A stretch of DNA of 64,000 bases, taken from positions 3,069 to 67,068 of IMG/VR virus record IMGVR_UViG_3300036791_001578, one strand, 5' to 3'. The stretch is from a virus. Position numbers and translations under genes: made by a program. Of the stretch, positions 17,455 through 28,159 are shown in pieces; the first letter of the stretch is position 1, and each line of letters opens with the position of its first letter. The notes below the pieces were generated by a model. The model was not told where the DNA came from. It made no database searches and saw nothing but the letters and a program-made list of their open reading frames with translations.

Positions 17455-18138
17455 TCATGCTACTGCTAACGGTTTCAGGCCGTTCATCGCTACGGTGTGG
17501 TAGGTCCTTAGATCCCAGTCGTTACTGGCTATCAGTTCCTTGTAGTACCTGGTCCGATACACCGTCGCATGCAGTATTTCCTTTGAGTGGGTCGCTAACC
17601 AATTGTGGCGAGCATGAGTGTATTGCTCAATCCACTCCTTTTCGTTGCCGCCCTGGGCCGGAGTCCGTTCGGCGAACTTAGATCGGATCGAGGACAAGAT
17701 TGATCCGCTATGCAAGTAAGAATCGCAGATCACTAGGAAAGAGAGCGGCAAAGTAAATCCCTCGGTTTCGCCCCATTTAACGCCGGGAGCCAAGTAGAAT
17801 TTGTCGAACATCTCTTCCTGCACCTTCTGCATCACGGGATCCTTGCCTGCCTCTTTTAACAAGTTGATGAACTCGTTACTATCGACGGTGCCCCGGTTCT
17901 GCATCTGCTTAGCCCAGGGTCCGAGCTGCTCGCTCAGTTTGCCTTGGGCTTTGCCATACACCTCGAGCACCGCTCCGAGATTGCCATACTGAGTAAAGCC
18001 GATCGAAAGGGTGATTTGTCTACAGTTGTTCGGCCCATCGTGATAACGGTAGACCTCAGAATAGTTCATTGTTTGCCGGCCTTGCTCGGCCACGATCAAC
18101 ACATTACGAATCTTTTCTAATTCACTTTGCGGTATCAT
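17455..18138 (-). CDS. endolysin, GH46 chitosanase/lysozyme-like fold
   Basis: AEQG...YHDG...RQITLSIGFTQ...DPVMQKVQ...ICDSYLHSG...EKEWI..Y..AR pattern; coupled to a membrane protein gene. Confidence 0.75.
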   Translation of the reverse strand: MIPQSELEKIRNVLIVAEQGRQTMNYSEVYRYHDGPNNCRQITLSIGFTQYGNLGAVLEVYGKAQGKLSEQLGPWAKQMQNRGTVDSNEFINLLKEAGKDPVMQKVQEEMFDKFYLAPGVKWGETEGFTLPLSFLVICDSYLHSGSILSSIRSKFAERTPAQGGNEKEWIEQYTHARHNWLATHSKEILHATVYRTRYYKELIASNDWDLRTYHTVAMNGLKPLAVA

Positions 18139-18329
18139 CTAGTGAGTACTGGAGCGTGGACTCCCAAGAATCCCATTAGAAGATAGATCACGTAGATCAC
18201 AAAAATGACCACGCAGATCACGCGGATGATGTGAGCGAACGGCTGAAGGAACGGAATCTGAGTCGTTACCCAATAGATCAGGCCCAGGACCAACGCCACA
18301 ATTACCAGATAGAGAAGCGCAACGATCAC
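18135..18329 (-). CDS. two-TM membrane protein, holin candidate
   Basis: 64 aa with two hydrophobic helices; abuts the endolysin start. Confidence 0.65.
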   Translation of the reverse strand: MIVALLYLVIVALVLGLIYWVTTQIPFLQPFAHIIRVICVVIFVIYVIYLLMGFLGVHAPVLTR

Positions 18330-18370
18330 GACAGCTCGCCGTTATAAGAAAAATCCGGCCCCTATGCAAG

Positions 18371-18556
18371 TTATTGCGGACCGCGTGGGCGATCACAGAA
18401 AATGTAGGGATGTTCTCGGGGCCGGCCCGCGATTCGCCGTAACATCCTCAAAGACTTACGCGCACATAACACCTTGGCGATTGCTTCCTCTTTTAAGCCG
18501 AACCACAAGCACAAGCTCTTCAGCTCCACTCGCTTGCCGTTCCACTCCACGCGCAC
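18371..18556 (-). CDS. small hypothetical protein
   Basis: 61 aa basic ORF in a same-strand run. Confidence 0.35.
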   Translation of the reverse strand: MRVEWNGKRVELKSLCLWFGLKEEAIAKVLCARKSLRMLRRIAGRPREHPYIFCDRPRGPQ

Positions 18557-18606
18557 ACTTTAGCATTCGCAGCTCAAGAATCATGCACGCTTGGTTAGGA
18601 TCATAA

Positions 18607-19005
18607 TCAGTTTCGGGAATGCATTCCCGTTTCTCGAGTACGCTTCAGAATGCGCCAAACGGTCGTTCGTCCGCAACCCACCTCTGCAGCGATCCATTCC
18701 CGGCTCAGTCCCAGTTTGTGCAAATAGCGAATCTCCTCGATCTGCTCTTTCCTCAGCTTGGTCTTAATCGCGATGGGTTCGAAGTTTGGCGCCGGCGCAT
18801 TTTGGAGGTGCCATTTTTTATGGCAGCTCGGGCAAACCCACCGCACGACCAAAGGTTTGGAATAGTCATCGTGGTGCGCCCAGATTGTTCGTCTGCGCCG
18901 CAACGGATTCTCCCTTCGACCGCAGCCGCTGCAATTCGAGGGTACCAGGAGTTCTCCGCGGTTAATTGCTCGGAGCACCTGCGCGTTCGCTCGTTTGTCC
19001 TTCAT
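18607..19005 (-). CDS. HNH endonuclease-like protein with C-terminal HTH
   Basis: CSGCG...AHHDDYSKPLVVRWVCPSCHKKWH plus SREWIAAEVGCGRTTVWRI. Confidence 0.8.
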   Translation of the reverse strand: MKDKRANAQVLRAINRGELLVPSNCSGCGRRENPLRRRRTIWAHHDDYSKPLVVRWVCPSCHKKWHLQNAPAPNFEPIAIKTKLRKEQIEEIRYLHKLGLSREWIAAEVGCGRTTVWRILKRTRETGMHSRN

Positions 19006-20344
19006 TGGCTTGGATGTACTCGCACACTCTGTCGAGGCATAGCTTTAGCTTGTCCTTCATCCCTGGAAGCGTTTCGCGGATCTGCGGGTCATCGCCCAGC
19101 GCCTTTATGCCCTCTTGGTTGAGATACCAGAGCTCGTTGCCTAAAAAGTCGATCACGATTCGTCGCAGCGGTTCGACCTCCCATTCACGTTGCCGCTTCA
19201 TATCTTCTTCGGTTGCGTCATTTGTGCCATTTGTTGATGACGTGCTTTCGGAGTTTTTACGTACGTCTTCAGGAAACCTCAATCGTGATTGGGGTTTATT
19301 TCCTTTGCTAGACTTGATCTTGAAAATTTCTATCCCTAAAGCGCCCTCTTTTTCCGCTTTTTCGAGACGCTTATAAAACTGCTCTTCGGAAAGTGCAGAA
19401 AGCAGCGAAGCCAGCTTTATTTCGTACGCCGTCAGCGGTGGTTCACTTCTCTTGCCTCGCCCGCCAGGATTGGGTTCGCGCATTCTGCCGAGCCAATACA
19501 GACTTTCGTATTGAAGCATTCTCGCTTGCACTTTGCCTTCGCGCCCAAGTTTCAGGAACGAAATCAACTCCTCAAGAACGGTGGTGAATTGACTAATCTG
19601 ATGAAGCTCAATGGGATTTTTCGTCGTCTGACGGATTCGCTCTCTCGCCTGCTTGCACCATGCGAAAAGCTCCTCGCCGGTCTTGATAAAGGCTGGGCTG
19701 ACTAATGCTTCGCTCTCGGTGTTGACCGGTTCAACCTCTTGACTAGGTTGCTCGACGTCTTCGAGCGTTTCACGAGGGGCCGTGGGGTTAACCTCCTCGC
19801 GGCCCTCTTCTTCGGTCGGCGGTCGGCCTCCCAACAGCTGTTCTTTCAGCCCCGTGAGTTCCTGTACTCCTGTCGGCGGCAGACTTGCTCCGCGTCCGGC
19901 TTCATCGTTTTCTCCGCTTGCCGGATCGCCTTCGAGCGGTGCTAGCGGAGGCTCTGGATGATCCGTGCGCCACTGCTCGTCGGTCTCGTCATCTTCGAGC
20001 CGCTGCAACATGCTCACCGCCCATTTCCGCGCCCAAAGATCTTTTCGCAGGTCAGTTTTTTGACTCTCGCTGTACTGATCGCTATCGAGGTAAGCATCCA
20101 GATTGATCTTCTCGAAGCATTGATCCCATTGCTTTACTTCCTCGCGAGATAACATACCGACTAGCCTCCCTCTAACTGTCGGCATTGCCTTCAGATTCAC
20201 GGCTATTGTGTGGTCCATCCAGGCCGAATTCATCTCTCCTTTGCTCCCTCCAGAACCATAAGTCACGGTCACTAGTAGCTTCTTCACCCAAGGGTGAAAC
20301 TGATCGAAATTGCGGTACAGCTCGCGCACATCATCTGAACTCAT
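18962..20344 (-). CDS. hypothetical protein
   Basis: 460 aa ORF with an acidic disordered middle, directly after terminase; no family recognised. Confidence 0.7.
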   Translation of the reverse strand: MSSDDVRELYRNFDQFHPWVKKLLVTVTYGSGGSKGEMNSAWMDHTIAVNLKAMPTVRGRLVGMLSREEVKQWDQCFEKINLDAYLDSDQYSESQKTDLRKDLWARKWAVSMLQRLEDDETDEQWRTDHPEPPLAPLEGDPASGENDEAGRGASLPPTGVQELTGLKEQLLGGRPPTEEEGREEVNPTAPRETLEDVEQPSQEVEPVNTESEALVSPAFIKTGEELFAWCKQARERIRQTTKNPIELHQISQFTTVLEELISFLKLGREGKVQARMLQYESLYWLGRMREPNPGGRGKRSEPPLTAYEIKLASLLSALSEEQFYKRLEKAEKEGALGIEIFKIKSSKGNKPQSRLRFPEDVRKNSESTSSTNGTNDATEEDMKRQREWEVEPLRRIVIDFLGNELWYLNQEGIKALGDDPQIRETLPGMKDKLKLCLDRVCEYIQANEGQTSERAGAPSN

Positions 20345-20353
20345 ACTCTTTCA

Positions 20354-22219
20354 CTAACTGTCCAGATCTGGGTTCCAAGCAACCCCTGCTTTCGCTCCAC
20401 GCTCAATTATTCCGATCACTCCACGACGCTTGCGAATGACACTGCGTCCCGTAGCTCGAGCTCGCTCCGGCCCCTGGATTCTCACTTGATGCAGCATCAT
20501 GACCATGGCGTCGGCTCGGTCCGGCGACCAACCGTAATGGGATTTGAATTCTTTCTTAGGCTGAATGCGAACGCGGGCCATCCCGGTCGGACCTTTAGTG
20601 GAGAGTCCGTATTTGCGCTGAGTGATCTCTTTGATCAGCTTGTCGTTGTCGAGCGTCGGAGAGAGCTTCAGGTAACCGAACTCGATCCAGCGTCTCAGCG
20701 CCATGTACATCTCGGTCGCGATCCCGTCGTTCTCTTCGATCGCTTTATGCGTGTCGTCTTCGAGGATCGGTTTATCGGTCGCGTCCTGGCCCCAGTTAAT
20801 GCCGGCGACTTCGGGATCCCACAGGCTGATCAGCGCGTCATGCAAGCCCGTGCCGACGCCCGTCCGATCGCACAGAAACCACTCTGGGCTTACTGCCAGC
20901 TTGTCGCATAGCTCAATAACAGCTTCCGCCTGCTCAATTGTGCGGATCTTTGGTAATGGGAAAAACTGGTCGACCTGCAAAGCGAATCTTTGCTTGTCGA
21001 AATAGTAGACCTTGCCGGTGAGCGGATCTCGCCAGCCGCTAGCCAGCCCATAGCGCCCAGCACAAAATATGGCCTCGTCGTCACCTTCAAATGCGATGTC
21101 CAACGCACCAGTGGGCACTACCCGTCCGATAAAGAGTAGCGTAGCGGTGAGCTGATCCAAGTAGGAAAGTGGAATGACGGTGTTAGCGGCACCCTCTAGA
21201 GGGTACATACCTCGGGCCATCGTATAGTAGTCGGGGCTGTTGCCTCCGCCTTTTAGCCGCAAGTTTTCGAAGCCGGTCCACGTCATGAAGCCTGGGTAGA
21301 CCACGGAATGTTGGACGACGTTCTCTAAATCGGCACCATCGATTCGCACGACCTTCCATCGCTCTCTTGATACCCATTCTTTGTCGCGATCCAGCTGCAC
21401 TCGAGTCCAACCGATGGGCGGTTGCGCGTATGCAGCGAGCGGGGACAGAACATCGCTCGGATTGCACGCTGCCGTCACCTTAATCAGGTCCGAGCCGTGC
21501 ATCGAAAGCAGCATGTTGCTAATTCCGCGCCACAGGCCGATTGGCACTTCCTCGGCCTCATCCACAAAAGCGCGGACTCTTCCTACGTTGCCAAAAATTG
21601 AATCCGGCGCGGTCCGCGGCAATGGGTGAAACCCTTGCAGCGCGGCGCGGCCTGTGGCACCCGGGGGAATCGAAACTCTGCTGATGCCGGCGTGCCGGTT
21701 CTTGGCGTCCAAACCGATAAAACCGTCCAAACGAATCCCTGGCAGCTTTATTCGCGATTGCGAATGGAGCATGTGCAACGTCGAAAATACGTTTGATTTG
21801 GCGTGGCCAGCTGTGCTCGAAATTATTTTCGTGTTGGTGAACTGCGGATCACGCAGCCAGTCCAGCAGATACCAGGCGATCGACGAATAGCTCTTACCGC
21901 AGCTGCCGGCACCCATCAAAATGAGCATCGGCTCTTTGTAAATGTTGGACCAAATGCGCTGAACGCACTGCGGACGCGGATCGAAGAGCTCGTCGGTCCA
22001 GATGAGCTTAGCAACCTCGCTAAGCAGGTTAGCGCGAAGCAGGCGCCAGACCAACGCCCACAAATACGCATCGGCCTGGGCCACTAATTCACAGCTAGGC
22101 TCGAGTTGGCGAACCGCCTCGAGCCTTTCTTCGTCGGATCCGCCCCCGAGCGTTTCCCTTAACTCATCAATCAGTCTTTGTCCGGTAACTGGAGCGCTGA
22201 GCATTCTGGGTGCATCCAC
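20354..22219 (-). CDS. terL: terminase large subunit
   Basis: Walker A GAGSCGKS, Walker B AFVDEAEE, nuclease ALDIAFEGDD, CDRTGVG and SPDRADA. Confidence 0.92.
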   Translation of the reverse strand: MDAPRMLSAPVTGQRLIDELRETLGGGSDEERLEAVRQLEPSCELVAQADAYLWALVWRLLRANLLSEVAKLIWTDELFDPRPQCVQRIWSNIYKEPMLILMGAGSCGKSYSSIAWYLLDWLRDPQFTNTKIISSTAGHAKSNVFSTLHMLHSQSRIKLPGIRLDGFIGLDAKNRHAGISRVSIPPGATGRAALQGFHPLPRTAPDSIFGNVGRVRAFVDEAEEVPIGLWRGISNMLLSMHGSDLIKVTAACNPSDVLSPLAAYAQPPIGWTRVQLDRDKEWVSRERWKVVRIDGADLENVVQHSVVYPGFMTWTGFENLRLKGGGNSPDYYTMARGMYPLEGAANTVIPLSYLDQLTATLLFIGRVVPTGALDIAFEGDDEAIFCAGRYGLASGWRDPLTGKVYYFDKQRFALQVDQFFPLPKIRTIEQAEAVIELCDKLAVSPEWFLCDRTGVGTGLHDALISLWDPEVAGINWGQDATDKPILEDDTHKAIEENDGIATEMYMALRRWIEFGYLKLSPTLDNDKLIKEITQRKYGLSTKGPTGMARVRIQPKKEFKSHYGWSPDRADAMVMMLHQVRIQGPERARATGRSVIRKRRGVIGIIERGAKAGVAWNPDLDS

Positions 22220-22572
22220 GCTAGCAGCCGATAGATCACATCGGAAGGACTATGTCCATCAAAGGGCGGCGCTTTACTCCGAGTCTCCACCTCGGTGCCA
22301 TCGAAGAAGCTCCAGAACTTCATCTCGAGGTGATAGGTGATCATGCCGCCAGGCAGTCCCATCCCGGCTACGAAAAAACCTCCGAACATCGAGCCGTCAT
22401 CGTGGAGTTGGCTTCGCCACGATATCTTGGGAAAGGCCCGCATCAGAGAAATAAAGAGCACAGCGCGGTGGTCGTACAGCTCCGCAAACGTATGATAGCC
22501 GTCGCTCACCTCGCGCACATCACAAGGCAACTTCAGCGTCGTGTTCATCTCATTTGTCATGGTGGGGATCAA
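22171..22572 (-). CDS. WDGH-type conserved phage protein
   Basis: SDGYHTFAELYDHR..LF, ITYHL and FDGHS motifs. Confidence 0.75.
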   Translation of the reverse strand: MIPTMTNEMNTTLKLPCDVREVSDGYHTFAELYDHRAVLFISLMRAFPKISWRSQLHDDGSMFGGFFVAGMGLPGGMITYHLEMKFWSFFDGTEVETRSKAPPFDGHSPSDVIYRLLAWMHPECSALQLPDKD

Positions 22573-22918
22573 ATTCTAAAATTTCGTCGAACTTGCCGCT
22601 CTGTTCCGCTCCCTTCAGAATGAAATCGGCGATTTCGTTGCGCTTTTCTACCGCTTCCTTGAAGTGCTCTTTATTGTTGCAAAGCCAGACCATTCCCTCA
22701 CCGTCCACCAGTCCGAGAACGTCAATGCGAACTCCGAGCAAGAACGCGTAACGATAGTTGCCGGCGAAATGTTCCGCGATGATCGGACTGAAAGCGATTT
22801 TGCGCTCCGCCTTCTCAGTTAAGAGCGCAACGACCTTCGCAATTTCGCTTTCCAGTTGAAACGCCCGAATCCAGAATTGCACCTCTGGCTTGGTCTTGAC
22901 CGGGATAGCCACTAACAC
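22550..22918 (-). CDS. hypothetical protein
   Basis: 122 aa; AAGGAG Shine-Dalgarno-like sequence upstream of the GTG. Confidence 0.6.
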   Translation of the reverse strand: MLVAIPVKTKPEVQFWIRAFQLESEIAKVVALLTEKAERKIAFSPIIAEHFAGNYRYAFLLGVRIDVLGLVDGEGMVWLCNNKEHFKEAVEKRNEIADFILKGAEQSGKFDEILEFDPHHDK

Positions 22919-22985
22919 GGCACCTGCTCCTTTTCGTGAGTCATCATGCCCTCTGTTGTCTCACAAGCAAGTAGCGCTAGCAAAC

Positions 22986-23036
22986 GAGAAAAGCCGCGCA
23001 AGTTTCGGTGTCTTCTCCCGACGGCGCGGCTTCTCG
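22986..23036. terminator. stem-loop, possible terminator after the beta-helix gene
   Basis: aagccgcgc/gcgcggctt stem extended by cgag/ctcg. Confidence 0.45.
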
Positions 23037-23107
23037 GTTCTATGAAGTACCCAATGAATCGTTTTCTTTTTTTTGGCACCACCTCACTTTCTAATGCGGA
23101 ATGAAAT

Positions 23108-24973
23108 TTAATAATTGCCTGATTTATAGCGGGTCTCCGCCGGATTCATACCGTTCATCGGATCTAGATCCGGCCCGATAATCGGCCACTTGATCCCAGT
23201 TGGCCACCAGCTAGGCTTAGCCGAGTACAGCAGACTCGCCGGTAGGCTCAAGCTCGCGGGATCTCCGACCGTAGCTTTACCGATCAAATCGTAGTTGCTC
23301 GCAATATAAGGGGTCGCGGTTAATCCATTTTTCGATACGACAGAGAGCGGGGCGTATGACGGGACATAGGTGAGTCCAGGCGCTCCCAGTACGCAACCGA
23401 TCAAATTATCCTGATACGACATCTCCCAGAAAATGACCGGGCGATTGTTACCACTCGGTGTCGGAGTACCGGACGAATAAGCGCGGTTCCATTCCCTAAA
23501 AAACGTGTTGAAGCAGTCCCCGCCATGCACGCTGTCACAGTTAAGCTGATTCACATTATTGCCCTCATGCAGGTTCATCCAGGTCTCGGCACCGTGCCCA
23601 CTCTCGTCGGGAGCCATCCAGTTTGCGCCGGAATCACTCTCCCAATTCGCTAGCGAGTAATTGTAGGAAAACACATTGCCGCTGTCGCCTCCGGCGTGAA
23701 TCCAGGAGTGGCGTAAACGGTAGCCGATATTATCCTCGGCTAAACACTCGCTGGTGTTATTCGTAAAATAGATCCCGTAGTTGCTGCCGCTCGGATTATT
23801 GCCGCTCCCTTCGACATAGCACTGCCGCCACTCACAAGCATAGCTGTCCCTGACCATATAATGAGCGTAACAGGAGGCGCTAGATGGAGAAGAAACGGTG
23901 CGAACGTTTTTAAACCACGCTTGATCGCACCCATTCAGTTGAAAGAATGTGGAAGCACGGGGTGCCGTCCCATCGTTAGGTGCTTGGGCGGTGCCAATAA
24001 CTTGCAGGTTCTCAACCCCCGACTGAAACGCGGGAGTCATCGTGTTGTACGCAGGCGAGTTGGAGTAGTTAATATAAAGCGGACGCTCCAAGGAGAGGGT
24101 ATTACCGCTGATCGAGACTATCTTGTTAACCTGCGCCATTAGTCTGCCGGTGTCGTTACTACCCCCGCCACCGCTTCCGGGGGCTCCTCCCCAGCTCATA
24201 TCACCACGTACAACATAGCTAGGATTGGTCTGGCTGATCACGATCAAGTCTCCAACCTTGATACCGGAAGCATCCCCGACCGTGATAGAAGTAGACCCTT
24301 GGGTTGCTCCTCCAGTTATGTTCCCCCGGCTTCTCCAGGCTGCACCCGCCCCAAGAGTGAAGAAAGTCGAGGGTTGCGTAAAGGTAATTGAGGTTTTGTC
24401 TGGAGTAGCGCCACCTCCCTTTAAGGTAACCCCAGCCGGTATATTAAATGAGCTGGTATTTGTCCAGGTGTAAGCGCCTGCCGCTAATACAACGATTGAG
24501 TTCTTAGGTGCGGCGTTGAGCGCGGACTGGAGCGAATTGAGATTGTTGACCGTTGCGGAAACGTTAGTGCGGCTAGGGAACCCGCTACGAAAACTCAAGC
24601 CCGGTGCCCACTGGTTAAGAGCATTATTAGGCAGGATCGGTTTTTGCGGCGGCGTTGGAGCCGGAGTAGGAGTCGGAGCAGGAGTGGGAGTGGGCGTAGG
24701 CATAGGAGTGGGTGTAGGTGTGGGTGCGGGCGTTGGCGTTGGTGTAGGGCCAGCGACAGAAAACCCAAACTGAAATTGCAAGAAATAACACCCAGGCGTC
24801 GTCACGTCGAACTGACTCAGATCGCCACTAAACACTCCTGGTTGATCTGCGACCAGTTTCCCTGCCTGATCGTAGATTTTGATGTGGCCTTTGAAAGTCT
24901 GCTGCTGTGCGTACGCGGGCGTAGAGAGCAACCAACCAAACAGCAGACCCAGTATCACTATGTGTTTGCTCAT
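23108..24973 (-). CDS. secreted-type right-handed beta-helix protein (pectate-lyase/GH55-like fold)
   Basis: Signal peptide ending AYA, (PT)n linker, LQSALNAA..IVVLAAGAY..GVTLKG, GVENL and SGNVFSYN. Confidence 0.75.
   Translation of the reverse strand: MSKHIVILGLLFGWLLSTPAYAQQQTFKGHIKIYDQAGKLVADQPGVFSGDLSQFDVTTPGCYFLQFQFGFSVAGPTPTPTPAPTPTPTPMPTPTPTPAPTPTPAPTPPQKPILPNNALNQWAPGLSFRSGFPSRTNVSATVNNLNSLQSALNAAPKNSIVVLAAGAYTWTNTSSFNIPAGVTLKGGGATPDKTSITFTQPSTFFTLGAGAAWRSRGNITGGATQGSTSITVGDASGIKVGDLIVISQTNPSYVVRGDMSWGGAPGSGGGGSNDTGRLMAQVNKIVSISGNTLSLERPLYINYSNSPAYNTMTPAFQSGVENLQVIGTAQAPNDGTAPRASTFFQLNGCDQAWFKNVRTVSSPSSASCYAHYMVRDSYACEWRQCYVEGSGNNPSGSNYGIYFTNNTSECLAEDNIGYRLRHSWIHAGGDSGNVFSYNYSLANWESDSGANWMAPDESGHGAETWMNLHEGNNVNQLNCDSVHGGDCFNTFFREWNRAYSSGTPTPSGNNRPVIFWEMSYQDNLIGCVLGAPGLTYVPSYAPLSVVSKNGLTATPYIASNYDLIGKATVGDPASLSLPASLLYSAKPSWWPTGIKWPIIGPDLDPMNGMNPAETRYKSGNY
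24640..24750 (-). repeat. Pro-Thr linker repeat
   Basis: PTPTPTPAPTPTPTPMPTPTPTPAPTPTPAPTPP. Confidence 0.8.
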
Positions 24974-25047
24974 TTCGATTTACTCTTTCTAATGATGATT
25001 TTTACCAGCCGGTGTTTGGAATAGCTGCTGGCATAGATTTTATCCGT

Positions 25048-27912
25048 TCAACCAAGAATGCCGCTCATCCAGCCAGTACCGCTAAACGTACCTGCTGACA
25101 TGCTCGAATAGAGGGCAACAACGTGGTAGCCTTCACTCGGATTCCAGGCACCTTGAACAGCGGTAGGTTCGTATTTCGCGGTCGTGCCTGTCGTCGAGCA
25201 AGCGCTTCTCGAAATCGACACCCCGTCTAACTCCATAAACAGGGTATAATTCGCCACAACTGACCCAGTGCCGAAGGCGTTTCCTGACGCAAACAAGGCA
25301 TCATCACCGAAACAAACAAGGCTCACGGTTACTGCTGTTGCTGCTTCTCCTCCTGAGGACGCTGCGCTGCCTGATGCTGCAAATGGTAACCGCCCCCGGT
25401 TAAACCAGGATCGAGTAAAACGAACTGTAGGCGAATCGGTAAATCCTCCTGACGAGATAATGCGGATTAAGCCAATGAGAGTGCGAGTGTCATCACCGCT
25501 TTTAATTTCCGTACCGACATTGCCTGCTGTCGAACTCGTGGCATGCCCAGTTGTTGAAAAGTCGGCAGTTAGAACGCCAGCATTGTTGAAACAATAAACA
25601 TAATAATTTGTGCTAACCGCGAAGTTTTGACCAGCAACGCCATCTATATAAATGCCAGTACTTGCTAAGCCAACCACGCCCGTGGGTGGAATATTGTAAA
25701 CAACGCCGTTGATCTGGATACCCGAACCTTTGAATGGCAGGAAACTTAGTTGGGTAGTGCTGACATATTTCAGGATACCACCGATCTGAGCAACCTTTGG
25801 CGCGGGCACGAAAACTAGATGATCCGTTCCGAGGGATGCCGTATTACCGGCATCGGCACTAATCGCAGTGGGGCCGGGACCACCTTGAGCAGCTAATAAA
25901 TTCCAATGAGTAGTATCAGTTGCCGGATCGCCGCCAGTATTAGCAACTACACAAATATAACTTTGATTCGTCCGACTAACGCCGTCATTAACTGCGTAAG
26001 TTGTGCTACTACTCCAAATGCCGCGCCAGACCATCGGCACTCCCGGCACGCCTTGCGGCCCTTGACTTCCAGCGGGTCCGGTACTTCCAGCAGGCCCAGG
26101 TACAGTCGAAGCGGGACCAGTCGGACCTTGAGGACCCGGAGCACCAACCTGCGCGACTATTTGCCAGTAGGTTGCATTCGGCGGCGTGTTCCCAGTGTTA
26201 GCACTGATGCAGATGTAGCTTGAGCCGCCTTGGCTAACGACATCGTTAAGGGCATAAGCGGCGGCACCGGCCCAGGCTCCCCGCCAAGTCATGCCGACAC
26301 CCGTAGGGCCAGCCGGCCCAACCGGGCCTTGGATTCCGGTTGCCCCAGTTGCGCCAGCGGGACCTTGAACACCCGTAGCACCTATTTGAGCTACCAATTG
26401 CCAATAAGTCGCATTCGGCGGCTGATTATTGGTATTGCCTGAAATGCAGATATAGCTTGAGCCGCCGGAGCTAACGACATCATTAAGGACATAAGCCGTA
26501 GCGCCAGACCATGCCCCCCGCCAAACCATTCCAGGCACGCCGGGAGCTCCAGTTGGGCCAGCCGTTCCCGCCGGCCCCTGAATTCCGCTCGGTCCAGTTG
26601 CGCCCGTCGGTCCCGCACTTCCGGCGGGGCCGCTGGTCCCCTGAACGCCTTGAACGCCTTGAAGACCTTGGGGAATGGTAAAATTTAAAACTGCGGCGCT
26701 CGAACTTCCTGAATTACTAACGTTAGCTGGGGTGCCTGCCGCACCCGTCGTGGTGGTGCCCACTGCAACGCTAGCCGCAGCACCAGGAGCTCCATCTGTT
26801 CCATTGGCACCTGACGCTCCGGTAGGACCGACTGGTCCTTGGATTGGACCGATGTCGATCCAGGCGGTGCCGTTCCATGTCCAGGCATGGCCGGTGTCCA
26901 GTGCCGTATAGGTGTCGTTTGTCTGTTGGCCACTGGTCGGTAGATTGGCGCTCGTCGCTACCGTGCCCTTCATGTTGATCCCGATGCCAGGAGGCCCCTG
27001 CGGCCCACTAGTTCCTTGTGGACCTTTAGCGCCTACTTGCGCCATCAGGCCCCAATGGACGCCGGCGTCCGTCGCCGGATCGTTACCTACGCTTAAAGCG
27101 ATACAGACGTAGCTCGAACCACTGCGGCTGACACTATCGTAGAGGGCATAATTGGTCGTATTAGACCAAACGCCTTTCCAATTAAAACCCTGGCCAACAG
27201 GTCCTTGGCTTCCTTGAGGGCCAGCAGGCCCTACAATGCCTTGAGGCCCTTGGATGCCTTGACTGCCAGGAATTCCTTGAGGTCCAGTACCCCCCGTTGG
27301 CCCAGGAACGCCTTGATTACCTTGAATGCCCACAGGACCGATAGGTCCCTGAACGCCTTGAGGCCCGGTAGACCCTGGAGGCCCTTCGATTGGACCGACA
27401 TTATTCCACAGCGTTCCGTCCCACGCATAGCAATCAAGAGTGTCCTCGGCGATATAGAGATCACCGGGATTGTTGCCGCTAGTCGGTAAATCAGCCGCTG
27501 TCGCAACGGTACCTTTCAGGACGAGCGGAGCACCAATAGGCCCCTGCGGGCCGATTGGGCCTATTTTGCCGGTTGGCCCCGTATTACCGATTGGGCCTTG
27601 CGGACCTGGAGGACCTTGAACGCCCGGTCCGCCGCTGGGACCTTGCGGGCCTGGATTGCCCGTCGGACCGATTTGACCGTCTTGGCCTGCTGGGCCGCTC
27701 GGGCCGATCGGACCTGGATCACCTTGCGGACCTGGGATCTGCGGCGGGACACGTTGCCAGCCGGCGTTTTCGCGGCCATAGAGAAAATCATCTATCGGGG
27801 CCTCAGGAATGCCGCCCCCGTTGCCCTGTGGTGCCTGGATGTAGTAATACTCCGGCGAATAAGGAACAGGCACTACCTGAGGCCCAGTCTCCGTTTTGGG
27901 AGGACTGGACAT
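25048..27912 (-). CDS. collagen-like tail fibre protein with carbohydrate-binding-like repeats
   Basis: Long Gly-X-Y runs; four W(R/K)GxW..Y..D.VS...SY.C modules; two KGTVAT.A.LPTSG modules; distinct C-terminal domain. Confidence 0.85.
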   Translation of the reverse strand: MSSPPKTETGPQVVPVPYSPEYYYIQAPQGNGGGIPEAPIDDFLYGRENAGWQRVPPQIPGPQGDPGPIGPSGPAGQDGQIGPTGNPGPQGPSGGPGVQGPPGPQGPIGNTGPTGKIGPIGPQGPIGAPLVLKGTVATAADLPTSGNNPGDLYIAEDTLDCYAWDGTLWNNVGPIEGPPGSTGPQGVQGPIGPVGIQGNQGVPGPTGGTGPQGIPGSQGIQGPQGIVGPAGPQGSQGPVGQGFNWKGVWSNTTNYALYDSVSRSGSSYVCIALSVGNDPATDAGVHWGLMAQVGAKGPQGTSGPQGPPGIGINMKGTVATSANLPTSGQQTNDTYTALDTGHAWTWNGTAWIDIGPIQGPVGPTGASGANGTDGAPGAAASVAVGTTTTGAAGTPANVSNSGSSSAAVLNFTIPQGLQGVQGVQGTSGPAGSAGPTGATGPSGIQGPAGTAGPTGAPGVPGMVWRGAWSGATAYVLNDVVSSGGSSYICISGNTNNQPPNATYWQLVAQIGATGVQGPAGATGATGIQGPVGPAGPTGVGMTWRGAWAGAAAYALNDVVSQGGSSYICISANTGNTPPNATYWQIVAQVGAPGPQGPTGPASTVPGPAGSTGPAGSQGPQGVPGVPMVWRGIWSSSTTYAVNDGVSRTNQSYICVVANTGGDPATDTTHWNLLAAQGGPGPTAISADAGNTASLGTDHLVFVPAPKVAQIGGILKYVSTTQLSFLPFKGSGIQINGVVYNIPPTGVVGLASTGIYIDGVAGQNFAVSTNYYVYCFNNAGVLTADFSTTGHATSSTAGNVGTEIKSGDDTRTLIGLIRIISSGGFTDSPTVRFTRSWFNRGRLPFAASGSAASSGGEAATAVTVSLVCFGDDALFASGNAFGTGSVVANYTLFMELDGVSISRSACSTTGTTAKYEPTAVQGAWNPSEGYHVVALYSSMSAGTFSGTGWMSGILG

Positions 27913-27933
27913 AGACTAGCCCTCGCTAAAATC

Positions 27934-28140
27934 TTAGTGTTGCCAACCTCCTGCAAAGACCAATGTGGGTAAGCCTGGAGCGCAGCCTGGAGGCACCGCG
28001 GTCGGGCCATCTTCCGGCGCCGGATAACCGCCCTGACCCAACGTTACGCTGGGCGGGTATTTAGGATTCCAAGGACACATGATGCCAGCAACCTCTGTTC
28101 CGGTTGTGGCCAAGGGTTGGGGAGATGTACCGCTGCTCAT
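27934..28140 (-). CDS. small Pro/Gly-rich protein
   Basis: 68 aa ORF between the HNH and fibre genes. Confidence 0.5.
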   Translation of the reverse strand: MSSGTSPQPLATTGTEVAGIMCPWNPKYPPSVTLGQGGYPAPEDGPTAVPPGCAPGLPTLVFAGGWQH

Positions 28141-28159
28141 AATGCGCGAATCTTAAGCC

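Noticed and set aside
22913-23095. GAGGTG Shine-Dalgarno-like site with a short basic ORF, as a possible type I toxin
   Set aside because: The peptide is not hydrophobic, SD spacing is poor and it runs through a hairpin
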